Assembly (NCBI GenBank): GCA_949289575.1
Contig: CASEOG010000004.1
Coordinates: forward strand, 6,053-70,052
DNA from: an uncultured Spirochaetales bacterium
Lineage (GTDB): Bacteria > Spirochaetota > Spirochaetia > JAFGXN01
DNA: 64,000 nucleotides
Direction of reading: 5' to 3'
Shown: positions 1 to 9,139 of the stretch, piece by piece
Layout: every line of letters begins with the position of its first letter
Position numbering within the stretch: the stretch's first letter is position 1
Notes under the pieces: generated by a model
Told to the model about the DNA's origin: nothing
The model's database searches: none
The model's input: only the letters and a program-made list of their open reading frames with translations
Translations under genes and position numbers: made by a program

Positions 1-744
1 AACGACAACGGTTTCTGTTCTTTTATCCGTTTTAAGGATCTGGCGAGTGACGAAGTAACGGTAGAAAACGTTTTTTCGTATCACAGCCGGAACGGTAAGA
101 GGCTGATGTTTGCTATTTACGGCAGGGATTCCGTAGAGATTTTCCGGAAAGTTTTCCGTTACGATTCGAACGGAAAAGTGACAAAAGAGGAAATCACTTA
201 TCCCCGCAAATCGTCGAAACCGTCCGATACGGTCGATTATATTTACGACGAGTCGGGAAATCCCGTGAAAAAGATAACGGTCAGAAACGCCACGGGTCGG
301 CAGCGGTCCGCAGAGTCTTTTTCCTACGGTGCAAACGGTCTGCTTCTCGGTAAAGAAACCGTTACTTTCGCCGATCGGGGAAAAACAAAAAAGACAGTCG
401 AACAATGGGAGTATAATTCCGCCGGGCAAAAAACAGCTTACCGAATTTCGGCAGAGAACAAAATTCGGAAAACGGAATATACTTATACCGAGGACGGAAA
501 AATTTACGAAGAAATCCGTTATGAAGACGGAAAGCAGCTTTCCCGTAAGGTTTACCATTACGAAAAAGGGGTCTGTGCCGCAGAACTGGTCAGTGACGGA
601 GAAGACCGGTTAACGTCGATTACACGTTTAAGTTACGACCAAAAAGGGAATTGGATTCAAAAGGTTATGTACCGCTTCGGTGAAAACAGCAAGCGGGTTG
701 AAGTTTACCAGATTGAAAAGCGGGAAATCCGTTACCGCCGCTGA
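1..744 (+). CDS. YD/RHS-type repeat protein, 5'-truncated by the window edge (C-terminal part only)
   Basis: Frame 1 is open from base 1 with no stop before 744. Repeated Y-D/E-x-x-G-N/K-x(6-8)-Y units (FRYDSNGKVTKEEITY, YIYDESGNPVKKITV, YTYTEDGKIYEEIRY, LSYDQKGNWIQKVMY) are typical of YD repeats. Confidence 0.6.
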   Translation, partial: NDNGFCSFIRFKDLASDEVTVENVFSYHSRNGKRLMFAIYGRDSVEIFRKVFRYDSNGKVTKEEITYPRKSSKPSDTVDYIYDESGNPVKKITVRNATGRQRSAESFSYGANGLLLGKETVTFADRGKTKKTVEQWEYNSAGQKTAYRISAENKIRKTEYTYTEDGKIYEEIRYEDGKQLSRKVYHYEKGVCAAELVSDGEDRLTSITRLSYDQKGNWIQKVMYRFGENSKRVEVYQIEKREIRYRR

Positions 745-791
745 CCGGAAGTGTCGGCGCGGGAAAGTCCGCGCCGATTGATGAGTTCCGG

Positions 792-2774
792 TTACAGTGA
801 ACAGCTTTCTCCGTCGCAGAATTTTTCTCCCTCCGGGGTGGTTGTCACGAAAGAAAAGTCGACCGGTTTCAGGTTCTTGATTCTTTCTTCGTAGACCTCT
901 TTCGTGATCTCTTCGTACGGCATCTGCTGATAGCCGTTTTCCGTCAGCGGCAGCATGCTGATGGCTTTCAGGCTTTCTTCGAAAGCAGACAGAACGCGGG
1001 CAATATCTTTCTTTTCGTTTTCCTTAAATGTGACGGTAATCGAGACGTTGTTGTCGGCCCAGTAATACTGGTAATCGACGCAGTTTTTGACCTGCTCCCA
1101 GATAGAAACATCGGCTTTTTTGCGATCGAAAAATTTCTCGTGAACGGGAAATTCGATAACGGAGGTTTTCTTCTTTTCTTCTTCGGTCGACCCGTAAATC
1201 GAATATTCGATTTTGTAACCGGCTTTCCGTAATGCTTCGACAAGAGGCGAATTGCTGGCAATCCGAACCCGACGGATGTAATATTCCGAGTGGGGGTAGT
1301 GGATGCCGGGAGAAACGCCGGGCAGGAGACTGACGCTTCCCGACGGTTTGACGCTGGTGATTTTGATCGATTTCGGAATGCAGAGCCAGTCGGAATAGAT
1401 GTCGTCCAGCTCTCTCAGGTAGGTGTACCCTTTGTCGCACCATTGCAGCATTTCCCGGCGACCGTGGCGGACAAAAGCATCGATGATTCCCGACTGGCTG
1501 GTACCGATTCGTCTGTTTTTCATCAGAATGGCGTTGGTTTCTTCCCAATGGGTCGGCAGGAGAGTAACCGATTTGGCATACAGGTAGGCCGATTTGAGAG
1601 TTTCTCTGTATTCTTCGTAATTTTTGTGAAGTGAAGGGAATGTTTCGACCAGACAGCAGAGCTCCATCGACTCGAGTGTCTGTTCACCGCACGGGTTGAC
1701 ACCCATGGCCAGCTTGTCGGCATTGTAAACGGTGTCCTTCAGTCGTCCGTATTTACGGATGTTGGAAAGCCATACAATTCCGGGTTCTCCGTTGAGGGCA
1801 ATGGACCGGGCAATTTTCTCGTAATCGGTCTTTCCGATTTCGGCAAAAACCGAATTGTTGCTGGCCCAGCGGTGAGTTTTCATCTCTTCGGGAAACAGGT
1901 TGTAGTCTTTCATCGTGACATAATCCTGGTCGTCGTGAGCACCGATGGCAATTTCCGCGGATCTTCTGACATTTCCGGCCACAACACAGACCCCGATCAT
2001 ATTCATCAGGTCGACAATATCGGTAGAGGTCAGCTCGTGTCCGATTTTCGAATCGAGCAGTTTTTTGACGGAGTCAATCAGCCGAATCAGCGGATCCGGT
2101 CCGGAGGCGACACCGCCGAAACCGCGGATCGGAGCGCCGTAAGGTCGGATGTTCGAAAAATCGAATTCCGGCATTTTCTGTCCGAGAAAGTAGGCATCCA
2201 GAGTCAGTCCGAGTGCTTCAACCCAGCCTTCGCGCGTATCCGGGACGGTGAAGGAGAGGCCGTCTGCGGGGCGGGGCTGGCGAATTGTGCATTTACCGGC
2301 ACCTTTTGTATCGAACCCGATGCCGACACCGAGCATCAGAGCATCCATTGTCCAGGTAAAAGCAAGAGAGCCCCTTGTTTCGATATCGATTGTACTGACA
2401 AAACCGCAGTTGTTGAGAGCGGCCGATCCTTTTTCGATAATAAAATCGGTTCCCATCATCCAGAGTCCGCGTCCGGGAGGAAGAAATTTGAAGTTGAAGA
2501 TTTTGTCATACATAATTTGGGCCGATTTTTGGGCTTTGTGAGGTTTCCACGGCAACTTAAGCTTTCGGCAGTGGTCCTGCTGGATACTGAAGACACCCTC
2601 GACGACGCGGCGCACCGTTTCATACCATTTTTCGTTTCTGTTTTCTTCTTCGATTCGTCTGGAATAGGTTCTCAGGTAAACAAATTCTCCCAGCGGCCCC
2701 CAGGCAACCGGTCTGTCTTTGTATGATGCGATAAATTTTTCATCAAGTCCGAAAGTTCTCATAATCCCTCCCAT
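792..2774 (-). CDS. nrdJ: adenosylcobalamin-dependent ribonucleoside-triphosphate reductase (class II monomeric RNR)
   Basis: 660 aa. The N-terminus (PLGEFVYLRTYSRR...EKWYETVRRVVEG) resembles the Lactobacillus leichmannii RTPR N-terminus. The C-terminal CDGESCSL cysteine pair matches the thioredoxin-interacting tail. ATG start at 2774. Confidence 0.85.
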   Translation of the reverse strand: MGGIMRTFGLDEKFIASYKDRPVAWGPLGEFVYLRTYSRRIEEENRNEKWYETVRRVVEGVFSIQQDHCRKLKLPWKPHKAQKSAQIMYDKIFNFKFLPPGRGLWMMGTDFIIEKGSAALNNCGFVSTIDIETRGSLAFTWTMDALMLGVGIGFDTKGAGKCTIRQPRPADGLSFTVPDTREGWVEALGLTLDAYFLGQKMPEFDFSNIRPYGAPIRGFGGVASGPDPLIRLIDSVKKLLDSKIGHELTSTDIVDLMNMIGVCVVAGNVRRSAEIAIGAHDDQDYVTMKDYNLFPEEMKTHRWASNNSVFAEIGKTDYEKIARSIALNGEPGIVWLSNIRKYGRLKDTVYNADKLAMGVNPCGEQTLESMELCCLVETFPSLHKNYEEYRETLKSAYLYAKSVTLLPTHWEETNAILMKNRRIGTSQSGIIDAFVRHGRREMLQWCDKGYTYLRELDDIYSDWLCIPKSIKITSVKPSGSVSLLPGVSPGIHYPHSEYYIRRVRIASNSPLVEALRKAGYKIEYSIYGSTEEEKKKTSVIEFPVHEKFFDRKKADVSIWEQVKNCVDYQYYWADNNVSITVTFKENEKKDIARVLSAFEESLKAISMLPLTENGYQQMPYEEITKEVYEERIKNLKPVDFSFVTTTPEGEKFCDGESCSL

Positions 2775-2832
2775 GCACTTTCGATAGTGTTATACCGTCC
2801 GAATTGGTCGATTTTAACACTATATATGCTTG
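2775..2832. promoter_or_regulatory. palindromic operator candidates upstream of the reductase gene (NrdR-box-like 16-mers; 9-bp inverted repeat ATAGTGTTA/TAACACTAT)
   Basis: GCACTTTCGATAGTGT (2775-2790) and ACACTATATATGCTTG (2817-2832) each match the NrdR box consensus acaCwAtATaTwGtgt at about 12 of 16 positions. Their starts are 42 bp (4 helical turns) apart. A perfect inverted repeat ATAGTGTTA...TAACACTAT lies at 2784-2792 and 2815-2823. Confidence 0.3.
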
Positions 2833-2894
2833 TTTGAAAAAAATCAACGATTTTTTCCGGGCTTTTCAAATTTAATTTTTTGAAAAATTCCTTA

Positions 2895-2924
2895 TTGACT
2901 TTCCGTTTTATTTTCGGATATAGT
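2895..2924 (+). promoter_or_regulatory. sigma70-like promoter for the marR/efflux operon
   Basis: TTGACT (2895-2900), 18-bp spacer, TATAGT (2919-2924), about 40 bp upstream of the marR ATG. Confidence 0.4.
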
Positions 2925-2934
2925 GATTGTAAAG

Positions 2935-2945
2935 TAAGTTAACTT
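2935..2945. promoter_or_regulatory. palindrome TAAGTTAACTT, candidate MarR operator (copy 1)
   Basis: Perfect palindrome AAGTTAACTT between the predicted -10 and the marR RBS. The same 11-12-mer recurs at 3475-3486. Confidence 0.45.
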
Positions 2946-2964
2946 TTTCGAGGGGTATAAGAAT

Positions 2965-3459
2965 ATGAAAAATCATGTTTCGCGAGAAGTCCTTCTTGAA
3001 TTTTTGAAGGCACTTGAGAAAATGAAAGGGTTTCCCCGCCTTATTAACGGAAAAATCAACGGGTTAAAGCATTCGGAAGTTTCCCTTATTTTTCTTATCG
3101 GTGAGTTAAGAGAAAAAAACCGGAAGGTTTTTGCCTCCGATTTATCCTCTGTTCTGCTTGTTTCGCGGGCAGCGGTGACCCCGACCATTCAGTTTCTGGG
3201 GAAGCACGGCTTTTTACGGCGGGAGACCGAAAATTCGGATGCGAGAAAGGCCGCACTTTATCTGACCGAAAAAGGAGAGCAGGCACTTCAGGCTGCCAAA
3301 GATTATCATTACCGGTTTTTCTCGCAGTTTGCCGAATCAATCGGAATGGAACGAGTTGTCGACCTGACGCAGCTGTTGAATCTTTTTTACGAATTTTTTT
3401 CTGCGGAGTTAAATACAAAAGAGAATGTAACCTTCCGCGGAAAAAATTGTTCTTGTTAA
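2965..3459 (+). CDS. MarR family transcriptional regulator
   Basis: 164 aa. Winged-helix core ...SDLSSVLLVSRAAVTPTIQFLGKHGFLRRETENSDARKAALYLTEKG... matches the MarR pattern. RBS GAGGGG upstream of the ATG. Confidence 0.8.
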   Translation: MKNHVSREVLLEFLKALEKMKGFPRLINGKINGLKHSEVSLIFLIGELREKNRKVFASDLSSVLLVSRAAVTPTIQFLGKHGFLRRETENSDARKAALYLTEKGEQALQAAKDYHYRFFSQFAESIGMERVVDLTQLLNLFYEFFSAELNTKENVTFRGKNCSC

Positions 3460-3474
3460 AAACAAATCGTTAAT

Positions 3475-3486
3475 TAAGTTAACTTA
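3475..3486. promoter_or_regulatory. palindrome TAAGTTAACTTA, candidate MarR operator (copy 2) in the 45-bp marR-tolC spacer
   Basis: Identical core AAGTTAACTT to the site at 2936-2945. It sits immediately upstream of the outer-membrane factor gene RBS. Confidence 0.45.
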
Positions 3487-3504
3487 CAGAAAGAAGGAGA
3501 GATA

Positions 3505-4920
3505 ATGAAAAACAAACTTTATGTTGTTTCTTTTTTGCTTTTCTTTTCGACAGCGATTTTTGCCGAGTCCTACGAGCTTTCGCCCGATGACGCGGTTAAT
3601 ATTGCGTTGAAAAACAATCTGGAATTGAAAACATCGGAGATCAACTTAAAAACAAAGCTCAGAAACAAAAAACAGGTCTATAACCAGCTGGTTCCTTCGC
3701 TTTCGGCCGGTGTTTCGGTCAGTCGTTCCAATCTGAACCCGGGTGAGACTTACAAAAAAATGTTTTCATCCGGAAGCGGAACGGGCGGAGCTTCTCCGAT
3801 TCCTTCATCCGTTTATCCCGACTGGAGTGCGACCTTTCAGCTGAACGGTACTTTTGCGTTGAACGGAGCCTTTTTTACGGCGATTGAAACGGTCAGAAAC
3901 GATTACACAGCCGGTTTGATTTCCTATGAAGATGCCAAGGCTTCTTTGGCGAAAAGCATCAAACAGGCCTATTTCGATCTGGTTTATCTCGAAGAGAACG
4001 TTAAACTTCTGCAGGAGAGTCTCGATCTTGCCGAAAAACGTTATCTTCAGGCACAGAGAAATTACAACAGCGGTCTTGTTCCCGATGTCGACCTGCTGCA
4101 GGCGCAGGTCTCGATGGAAAATGTCCGGCCTCAGCTTTTGCAGGCTCAAAACAATTACGATACGGCCGTCATGCAGTTTAAAATTAATTTGGGACTGGAC
4201 CTTGAAGACACCGTTTCTCTCGACAGCGGGGCATTGGACAGTGCCGATGCCTTGCAGATCGAACTGGATGCCGCCAGACTTTCGAACGAATATTTAAACG
4301 AACGCTATGATATTCAGACAATCCGTGCGAATATCGATCTCCTGGAATCATCCAAAAAATCGACAATGGCAGCCGCTATGTCTCCGACGTTTACACTTTC
4401 GGCAGGTTATCTTCCCCGTATCGGTATCTTCGGGTCCGACGTAGCCGATGCGGATAAAAATGCACAGTATAAAGACTGGCTTGATTCCGGCAACGTGTCG
4501 TTCGGACTTTCCATTCCGATTGATACACTGATTCCGGGAACTTCTACATATACAAAAACGGCCGAAATTCAGGATTCGATCGACAGTATGCAGGTATCAC
4601 TGGAAAATGCGATCCGGTTCGCCGATCTGGAAATCAAATCGATTGTGATGAATATCGAGAATGCCAGAGAACAGTTGGAGGTTTATAAATCTTCCGTTAA
4701 TCTGGCGCAAACGGTCTATAACCGATATTCCGACGGTTATCGATTGGGAACGGTCGAGATTTTGGATTTTGAAAATGTCGAAAATCAGCTCAATCAGGCA
4801 CGGTTGAATTTAGTCAGCGGAAAAGTGACGCTGGCGAAGGCGCTGATGGATTTGGAATACGCTTTGAATCGCAGTTTAAGCGAAATCAGAGAAAACGATA
4901 TTGAGGAGATTGAACAATGA
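3505..4920 (+). CDS. TolC-family outer membrane efflux protein
   Basis: 471 aa. Signal peptide MKNKLYVVSFLLFFSTAIFA. Two OEP-type repeats with coiled-coil segments (LQAQRNYNSGLVPDVDLLQAQ...; LAQTVYNRYSDGYRLGTVEILDFENVENQLNQAR). Confidence 0.8.
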   Translation: MKNKLYVVSFLLFFSTAIFAESYELSPDDAVNIALKNNLELKTSEINLKTKLRNKKQVYNQLVPSLSAGVSVSRSNLNPGETYKKMFSSGSGTGGASPIPSSVYPDWSATFQLNGTFALNGAFFTAIETVRNDYTAGLISYEDAKASLAKSIKQAYFDLVYLEENVKLLQESLDLAEKRYLQAQRNYNSGLVPDVDLLQAQVSMENVRPQLLQAQNNYDTAVMQFKINLGLDLEDTVSLDSGALDSADALQIELDAARLSNEYLNERYDIQTIRANIDLLESSKKSTMAAAMSPTFTLSAGYLPRIGIFGSDVADADKNAQYKDWLDSGNVSFGLSIPIDTLIPGTSTYTKTAEIQDSIDSMQVSLENAIRFADLEIKSIVMNIENAREQLEVYKSSVNLAQTVYNRYSDGYRLGTVEILDFENVENQLNQARLNLVSGKVTLAKALMDLEYALNRSLSEIRENDIEEIEQ

Positions 4921-5939
4921 AAAAGATTTTCATTCCGGCGGCCTTCGCTTTGGCCGGTCTTTTGATTTTGAGCGGATGCAAAAAAGAACAGGCGCAGGAA
5001 GGTGAAACCGTTCAAATTTATGCGGTACGGACTGCTCCTGTTACCGCCGGCGAAATTCAGGATTATATCAAACTTTCCGGTGAAATCATTACGAAAATTA
5101 ATGTCGATGCTTATGCCGATGTTTCTTACGGACGGATTCGGCAGCTGCAGGTTGACGTCGGCGATTATGTCCGCCGTAATCAGGTTATCGCCTATGTTGA
5201 CCCGTCGACTCCGGGAACGGTGTATAATCTGAGCCCCGTTGTGGCTCCGATTTCCGGTTACATTACTCACCGAAACGGACAAATCGGTTCAACGGTGACT
5301 TCGGCGACGGCCATCTACCGTATCGGCGACCTGACTCAGCTGCGGATGCTGACAAGCACTCCGGAGCGTTATGTTTCCAAAATTTACGGCAATCAAAAGG
5401 CTGAAATCACGTTGGAAGCTTTTCCGGGAAAGATCGTAACAGCTCGGGTTGCCGAAATCAGTCCTGTTTTGGATACGGTCAGCCGGACAATGGATGTTTG
5501 GCTGGAGTTTACTTCATCTATCGAAGGATTTAAACCGGGAATGTTCGGAACCGTTAAACTTTTCACCGATTACAAAGACAATATCATTAAATTGCCGGTT
5601 GATACGGTCGTTACACGGTTTAATGAAAATTTCGTGTTTGTTCTTTCCGACGAGGCGGTTGAGATTGATAATCCCGATTACATCAGCGAAAGCGAAACGC
5701 CGGGCATTCCTCAGAAAATCATGCAGCCGACAGTAGAACGGCGCTTGGTGGAGCAGGGAATTCGGATTGACGGAACTGTTGAAATCACAAGCGGTTTGAC
5801 ACTTGACGACATTGTTGTTATTGAAGGACAGGGACAGTTGGACGACGGCGTTTTGGTTCGCATTATTAATGAAGATGAAGCGGCCGAAGGCAAAGAGGAA
5901 GTCGTCGAAACGGAAATTGTTGAAGAAGTTGCGGAGTAA
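4917..5939 (+). CDS. efflux RND transporter periplasmic adaptor subunit (membrane fusion protein)
   Basis: 340 aa. Lipoprotein signal (LILSGC). HlyD/AcrA-like layout with biotinyl-lipoyl-like, beta-barrel and MP domains. ATGA overlap with the upstream gene. Confidence 0.8.
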   Translation: MKKIFIPAAFALAGLLILSGCKKEQAQEGETVQIYAVRTAPVTAGEIQDYIKLSGEIITKINVDAYADVSYGRIRQLQVDVGDYVRRNQVIAYVDPSTPGTVYNLSPVVAPISGYITHRNGQIGSTVTSATAIYRIGDLTQLRMLTSTPERYVSKIYGNQKAEITLEAFPGKIVTARVAEISPVLDTVSRTMDVWLEFTSSIEGFKPGMFGTVKLFTDYKDNIIKLPVDTVVTRFNENFVFVLSDEAVEIDNPDYISESETPGIPQKIMQPTVERRLVEQGIRIDGTVEITSGLTLDDIVVIEGQGQLDDGVLVRIINEDEAAEGKEEVVETEIVEEVAE

Positions 5940-5944
5940 AAACT

Positions 5945-8900
5945 ATGATAGCGAAAACGGTTGTTAATAAGCCGGTAACGATTCTGGTGCTCTTTGTCCT
6001 GATTTTGGGCATCGGCGCTTACGTCTCTTCCGGTTTGGATATCGACCTCTACCCCGAAATGGATCCGCCCGTTCTGTTGGTTTTTACCGAGTATGACGGC
6101 GCCGGTCCCGAGCAGGTTGAGGAGCATGTAACCCGTATTCTGGAAGGTAACCTTACCAACGTTACGAATATTAAAGAGATTCGTTCGATATCGCAACGCG
6201 ATCAGAGTATGGTTATTTTGGAATTTGAATGGGGAGAGGATTTGGCGGAAGCGGCGGCCGACGCCCGCGACAAAATCGAATTTGTGACGGGAATGCTGCC
6301 GGATGAGGCGGAGAGTCCGCAGCTGCTGAAATTTGACCCATCGATGCAGCCGATTGTTTATCTGACGCTGATCGGAAATAAAAATGAAATTGAAATGTAC
6401 GAGTTGGCGGACGATATTGTCGTTCCTCGTCTGGAGCAGATTTCCGGCGTTGCATCGGCCAGCATCTCAGGTTTGACCGAGCCGATTGTTCGTATTGAAG
6501 CGGATCAGAACCGCCTCGATGCTTTCGGATTGACGTTGACGGGTGCCGCCAACGGTCTTTTCAATAAAATTTCCACACAGAACACCAACACCTCCGGCGG
6601 TGAAATTGACGACGGTAAAAAAGCGTATCTGGTAAAAACAACCGGCGAGTATGCGTCGTTAGAGGAGATTGCCGACACGGTCGTTTCCGTTACATCAACG
6701 GGCAACATGGTCCGCCTCTCCGATTTGGCTGAAGTCAAAATGGGGCAGGAAGATCTTTCGCAGATTGTTACGATTGACGGGCAGAGGTCGATGTCGATTC
6801 CTGTCCGCAAACAGAGCGGCGGAAACAGTGTGGCGGTCGCTGATTCGGTTTTGGCTCGCGTCGATGAAATCAACCGCGATCTGCCGGCCGGTGTCAGACT
6901 CGAAGTTCTGTATGACAGTACGAAGATGATTCGTTCCGCCATTGATTCGGTTGTGGAAAACCTCTTTTCCGGTATGGCGCTGGCGATGGCGGTTCTTTTC
7001 CTCTTTTTGCGGGTCATTAAAAGTACGCTGATTATCGGTTTGTCGATTCCGATTTCGTTGCTGATCACGATGACGTGTATGTATTTTGCGGGATTGACGC
7101 TGAACATGCTGACGATGACCGGATTGGTTCTCGGTTTGGGTATGATCGTCGACTCGTCCATCGTTGTTTTGGAAAACGTCTTCTCATACCGTGAAAAAGG
7201 CGCGAAGCACAAAACGGCCGCCATCTTAGGCGCTACCGAGATGATAGGGGCTATCACAGGTTCGACACTGACGACGGTCTGCGTCTTCATTCCGGTTATC
7301 ATGTTCCGGAGCGAGTTGGAGTTCCTCGGAGTTTTGACCGGCGATTTGGCATTTACAATTGTCATCGCGCTGATGTCTTCGCTTTTTGTCGCCGTCACTC
7401 TGGTTCCGGTTTTGTGCAGTACTTATCTGAAACTGACACCGCGTTCTCAGAATCCGATCCGCATCCGCTGGCTGGCGAAGGTTGACGATTGGTTTGCTGC
7501 CGGTTTGGACAAACTCGATTCCGGGTACCGCGCATTGCTGAAGCGATGTCTGGATAAACGCTGGATTGTTGTCGGCGTTGTCTTCCTCTTCTTTGTGGCA
7601 TCGATTATGATTATTCCTTATTTGGGATTCGACTTTATGCCGCCGAGTTCGGACGACTCAGTCACTTTGGAAATGACGCTTCCCGAAGGAACCCGCGTTG
7701 AAACGACGATGGAAAATTTGGAGGCGCTGAAGCTGATTGTTGATAAAGAGGTGACCGGAACCGATCGGATCGTTTACACAGCCGGTTCGAGCAACGGTGT
7801 GTCGGCGGCTGAAACCAATGTCGGAACGATTCAGTTTATTCTGCCGGAATTTGACGAACGGACAACGACAGTCGATGATATCAAAGCGATTATGCGGCCG
7901 CATTTTTACAAATTCCCCGACGCCATTTTTTCGTTTACTGAACGGTCGATGGGCGGCAGCAGCCACGATATCGACATCGTTATCAAAACCGACGATTTGG
8001 ATAAAGGAAAACGTATCGGTTTGGAAATCATCGATTTATTGAAAGAGCATGTTCCCGATGTTCTTGAACCGGATATCGATATGAAGGACGGTCTTCCGCA
8101 GGCAGAAATCATCATCAATCGTCAGAAAGCGTATGCGTTGGGAATCGATATGTACAGCGCCGGCCGCGAAATTTTGGCTTCCGTCGACGGTATTCAGTGC
8201 GGTTATTACCGTACCGGCGGCGACGAGTATGAAATCCATCTGATGTTCCGAGAAGAAGACCGTGCCAATTTGGTTGATTTGGAAACCATTACCGTTTCCA
8301 ACAGTAGTTCGCAGAAGATTCCCGTTGCCAGTTTCGCAACTGTTGAGGTGACTGAAGGTCCGGTGACCATCAACCGTGAGGATCAAATCCGTGTCATTCA
8401 CATCGAAGCCGATATGTCCGACAATACGTCGCTTTCGGAAGTGACCTCGCAGATTAAGGCGGTTATCGATCGTTATCTGATTCTTGACGACGATGTCATT
8501 ATTACTTACGGCGGCGATTACGAAGATATGCAGAACATCGGTATGAAGCTCATTGCCATCGTTTTGATTGCTCTGGCGTTGGTTTTCGGCGTTATGGCGA
8601 GTCAGTTCGAAGACCTTCTGAATCCGTTCATCATCTTTCTTTCAATGTTTACGATGAGTATCGGTGTTGTCGGCGTTTATCTGATTACAGGTCAGGCGAT
8701 GAGTACCTTTTCGATTATGGGCGTCGTTATGTTGCTGGGAATGGTTGTCAATAACGGTATCGTTTTGGTTGACTACACCAATCTGCTGGTCAGCCGCGGA
8801 ATGCCGATTTACGAAGCGTGCATTGCCGCCGGAGGAAGCCGTTTGCGTCCGGTTCTGATGACCACACTGACGACGATTCTCGGTATGTATCCGCTTGCGG

Positions 8901-9139
8901 TTTCTGAAGGCGAAGGATCGACGCTGATTCAGCCGATCGGATTGACGATTTTGGGCGGAATGACGACAAACACCATTATGACGCTGGTTTTGGTTCCTTG
9001 TTTGTATTATATCTTTAATAAAACCCGTTACGAAAAGCGGCAGCAGCGCGAAAAAGCCAGACGCCAGAGAGAATTGGAAAACCGCCGTCTGATTGAAGAG
9101 CGCAGAAAGGAAAAGGAGGCGGCTCGTGAAACGAATTGA
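5945..9139 (+). CDS. efflux RND transporter permease (AcrB/AcrD/HAE family)
   Basis: 1064 aa. 12-TM RND topology with two large periplasmic loops. Conserved RND TM4 region (GLVLGLGMIVDSSIVVLENV). Arg/Glu-rich charged C-terminal tail. Confidence 0.9.
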   Translation: MIAKTVVNKPVTILVLFVLILGIGAYVSSGLDIDLYPEMDPPVLLVFTEYDGAGPEQVEEHVTRILEGNLTNVTNIKEIRSISQRDQSMVILEFEWGEDLAEAAADARDKIEFVTGMLPDEAESPQLLKFDPSMQPIVYLTLIGNKNEIEMYELADDIVVPRLEQISGVASASISGLTEPIVRIEADQNRLDAFGLTLTGAANGLFNKISTQNTNTSGGEIDDGKKAYLVKTTGEYASLEEIADTVVSVTSTGNMVRLSDLAEVKMGQEDLSQIVTIDGQRSMSIPVRKQSGGNSVAVADSVLARVDEINRDLPAGVRLEVLYDSTKMIRSAIDSVVENLFSGMALAMAVLFLFLRVIKSTLIIGLSIPISLLITMTCMYFAGLTLNMLTMTGLVLGLGMIVDSSIVVLENVFSYREKGAKHKTAAILGATEMIGAITGSTLTTVCVFIPVIMFRSELEFLGVLTGDLAFTIVIALMSSLFVAVTLVPVLCSTYLKLTPRSQNPIRIRWLAKVDDWFAAGLDKLDSGYRALLKRCLDKRWIVVGVVFLFFVASIMIIPYLGFDFMPPSSDDSVTLEMTLPEGTRVETTMENLEALKLIVDKEVTGTDRIVYTAGSSNGVSAAETNVGTIQFILPEFDERTTTVDDIKAIMRPHFYKFPDAIFSFTERSMGGSSHDIDIVIKTDDLDKGKRIGLEIIDLLKEHVPDVLEPDIDMKDGLPQAEIIINRQKAYALGIDMYSAGREILASVDGIQCGYYRTGGDEYEIHLMFREEDRANLVDLETITVSNSSSQKIPVASFATVEVTEGPVTINREDQIRVIHIEADMSDNTSLSEVTSQIKAVIDRYLILDDDVIITYGGDYEDMQNIGMKLIAIVLIALALVFGVMASQFEDLLNPFIIFLSMFTMSIGVVGVYLITGQAMSTFSIMGVVMLLGMVVNNGIVLVDYTNLLVSRGMPIYEACIAAGGSRLRPVLMTTLTTILGMYPLAVSEGEGSTLIQPIGLTILGGMTTNTIMTLVLVPCLYYIFNKTRYEKRQQREKARRQRELENRRLIEERRKEKEAARETN

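Noticed and set aside
2839-2886. AT-rich palindromes AAAATCnnnGATTTT (2839-2853) and TTTTCAAA-8-TTTGAAAA (2863-2886) in the nrdJ/marR divergent region
   Set aside because: They are perfect but made only of A/T runs in a highly AT-rich intergenic segment. Such palindromes arise frequently by chance. They are not duplicated elsewhere in the window, unlike the AAGTTAACTT site, so they are not called operators.
6505-7398. Long antisense ORFs inside confirmed genes (e.g. 6505-7398 in the RND gene, 10713-11654 in glyA, 13982-15151 in infB, 18873-19571 and 19662-20330 in pnp, 28247-28951 in the rlmD-like gene, 35316-36143 in the giant gene, 39069-39803 in mltG, 42694-43146 in rpoD)
   Set aside because: Each is fully contained in a gene with strong family signatures on the opposite strand. 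They arise from locally GC-rich or low-complexity coding DNA and have low-complexity Arg/Ser/Pro-rich translations.
9093-9125. TTG start at 9093 for the P-II-like gene
   Set aside because: The extension encodes KSAERKRRRL, which is the out-of-frame shadow of the charged tail of the RND permease. GTG 9126 has a perfect AGGAGG 7 nt upstream and yields the P-II-like N-terminus (VKRIDIIC...).
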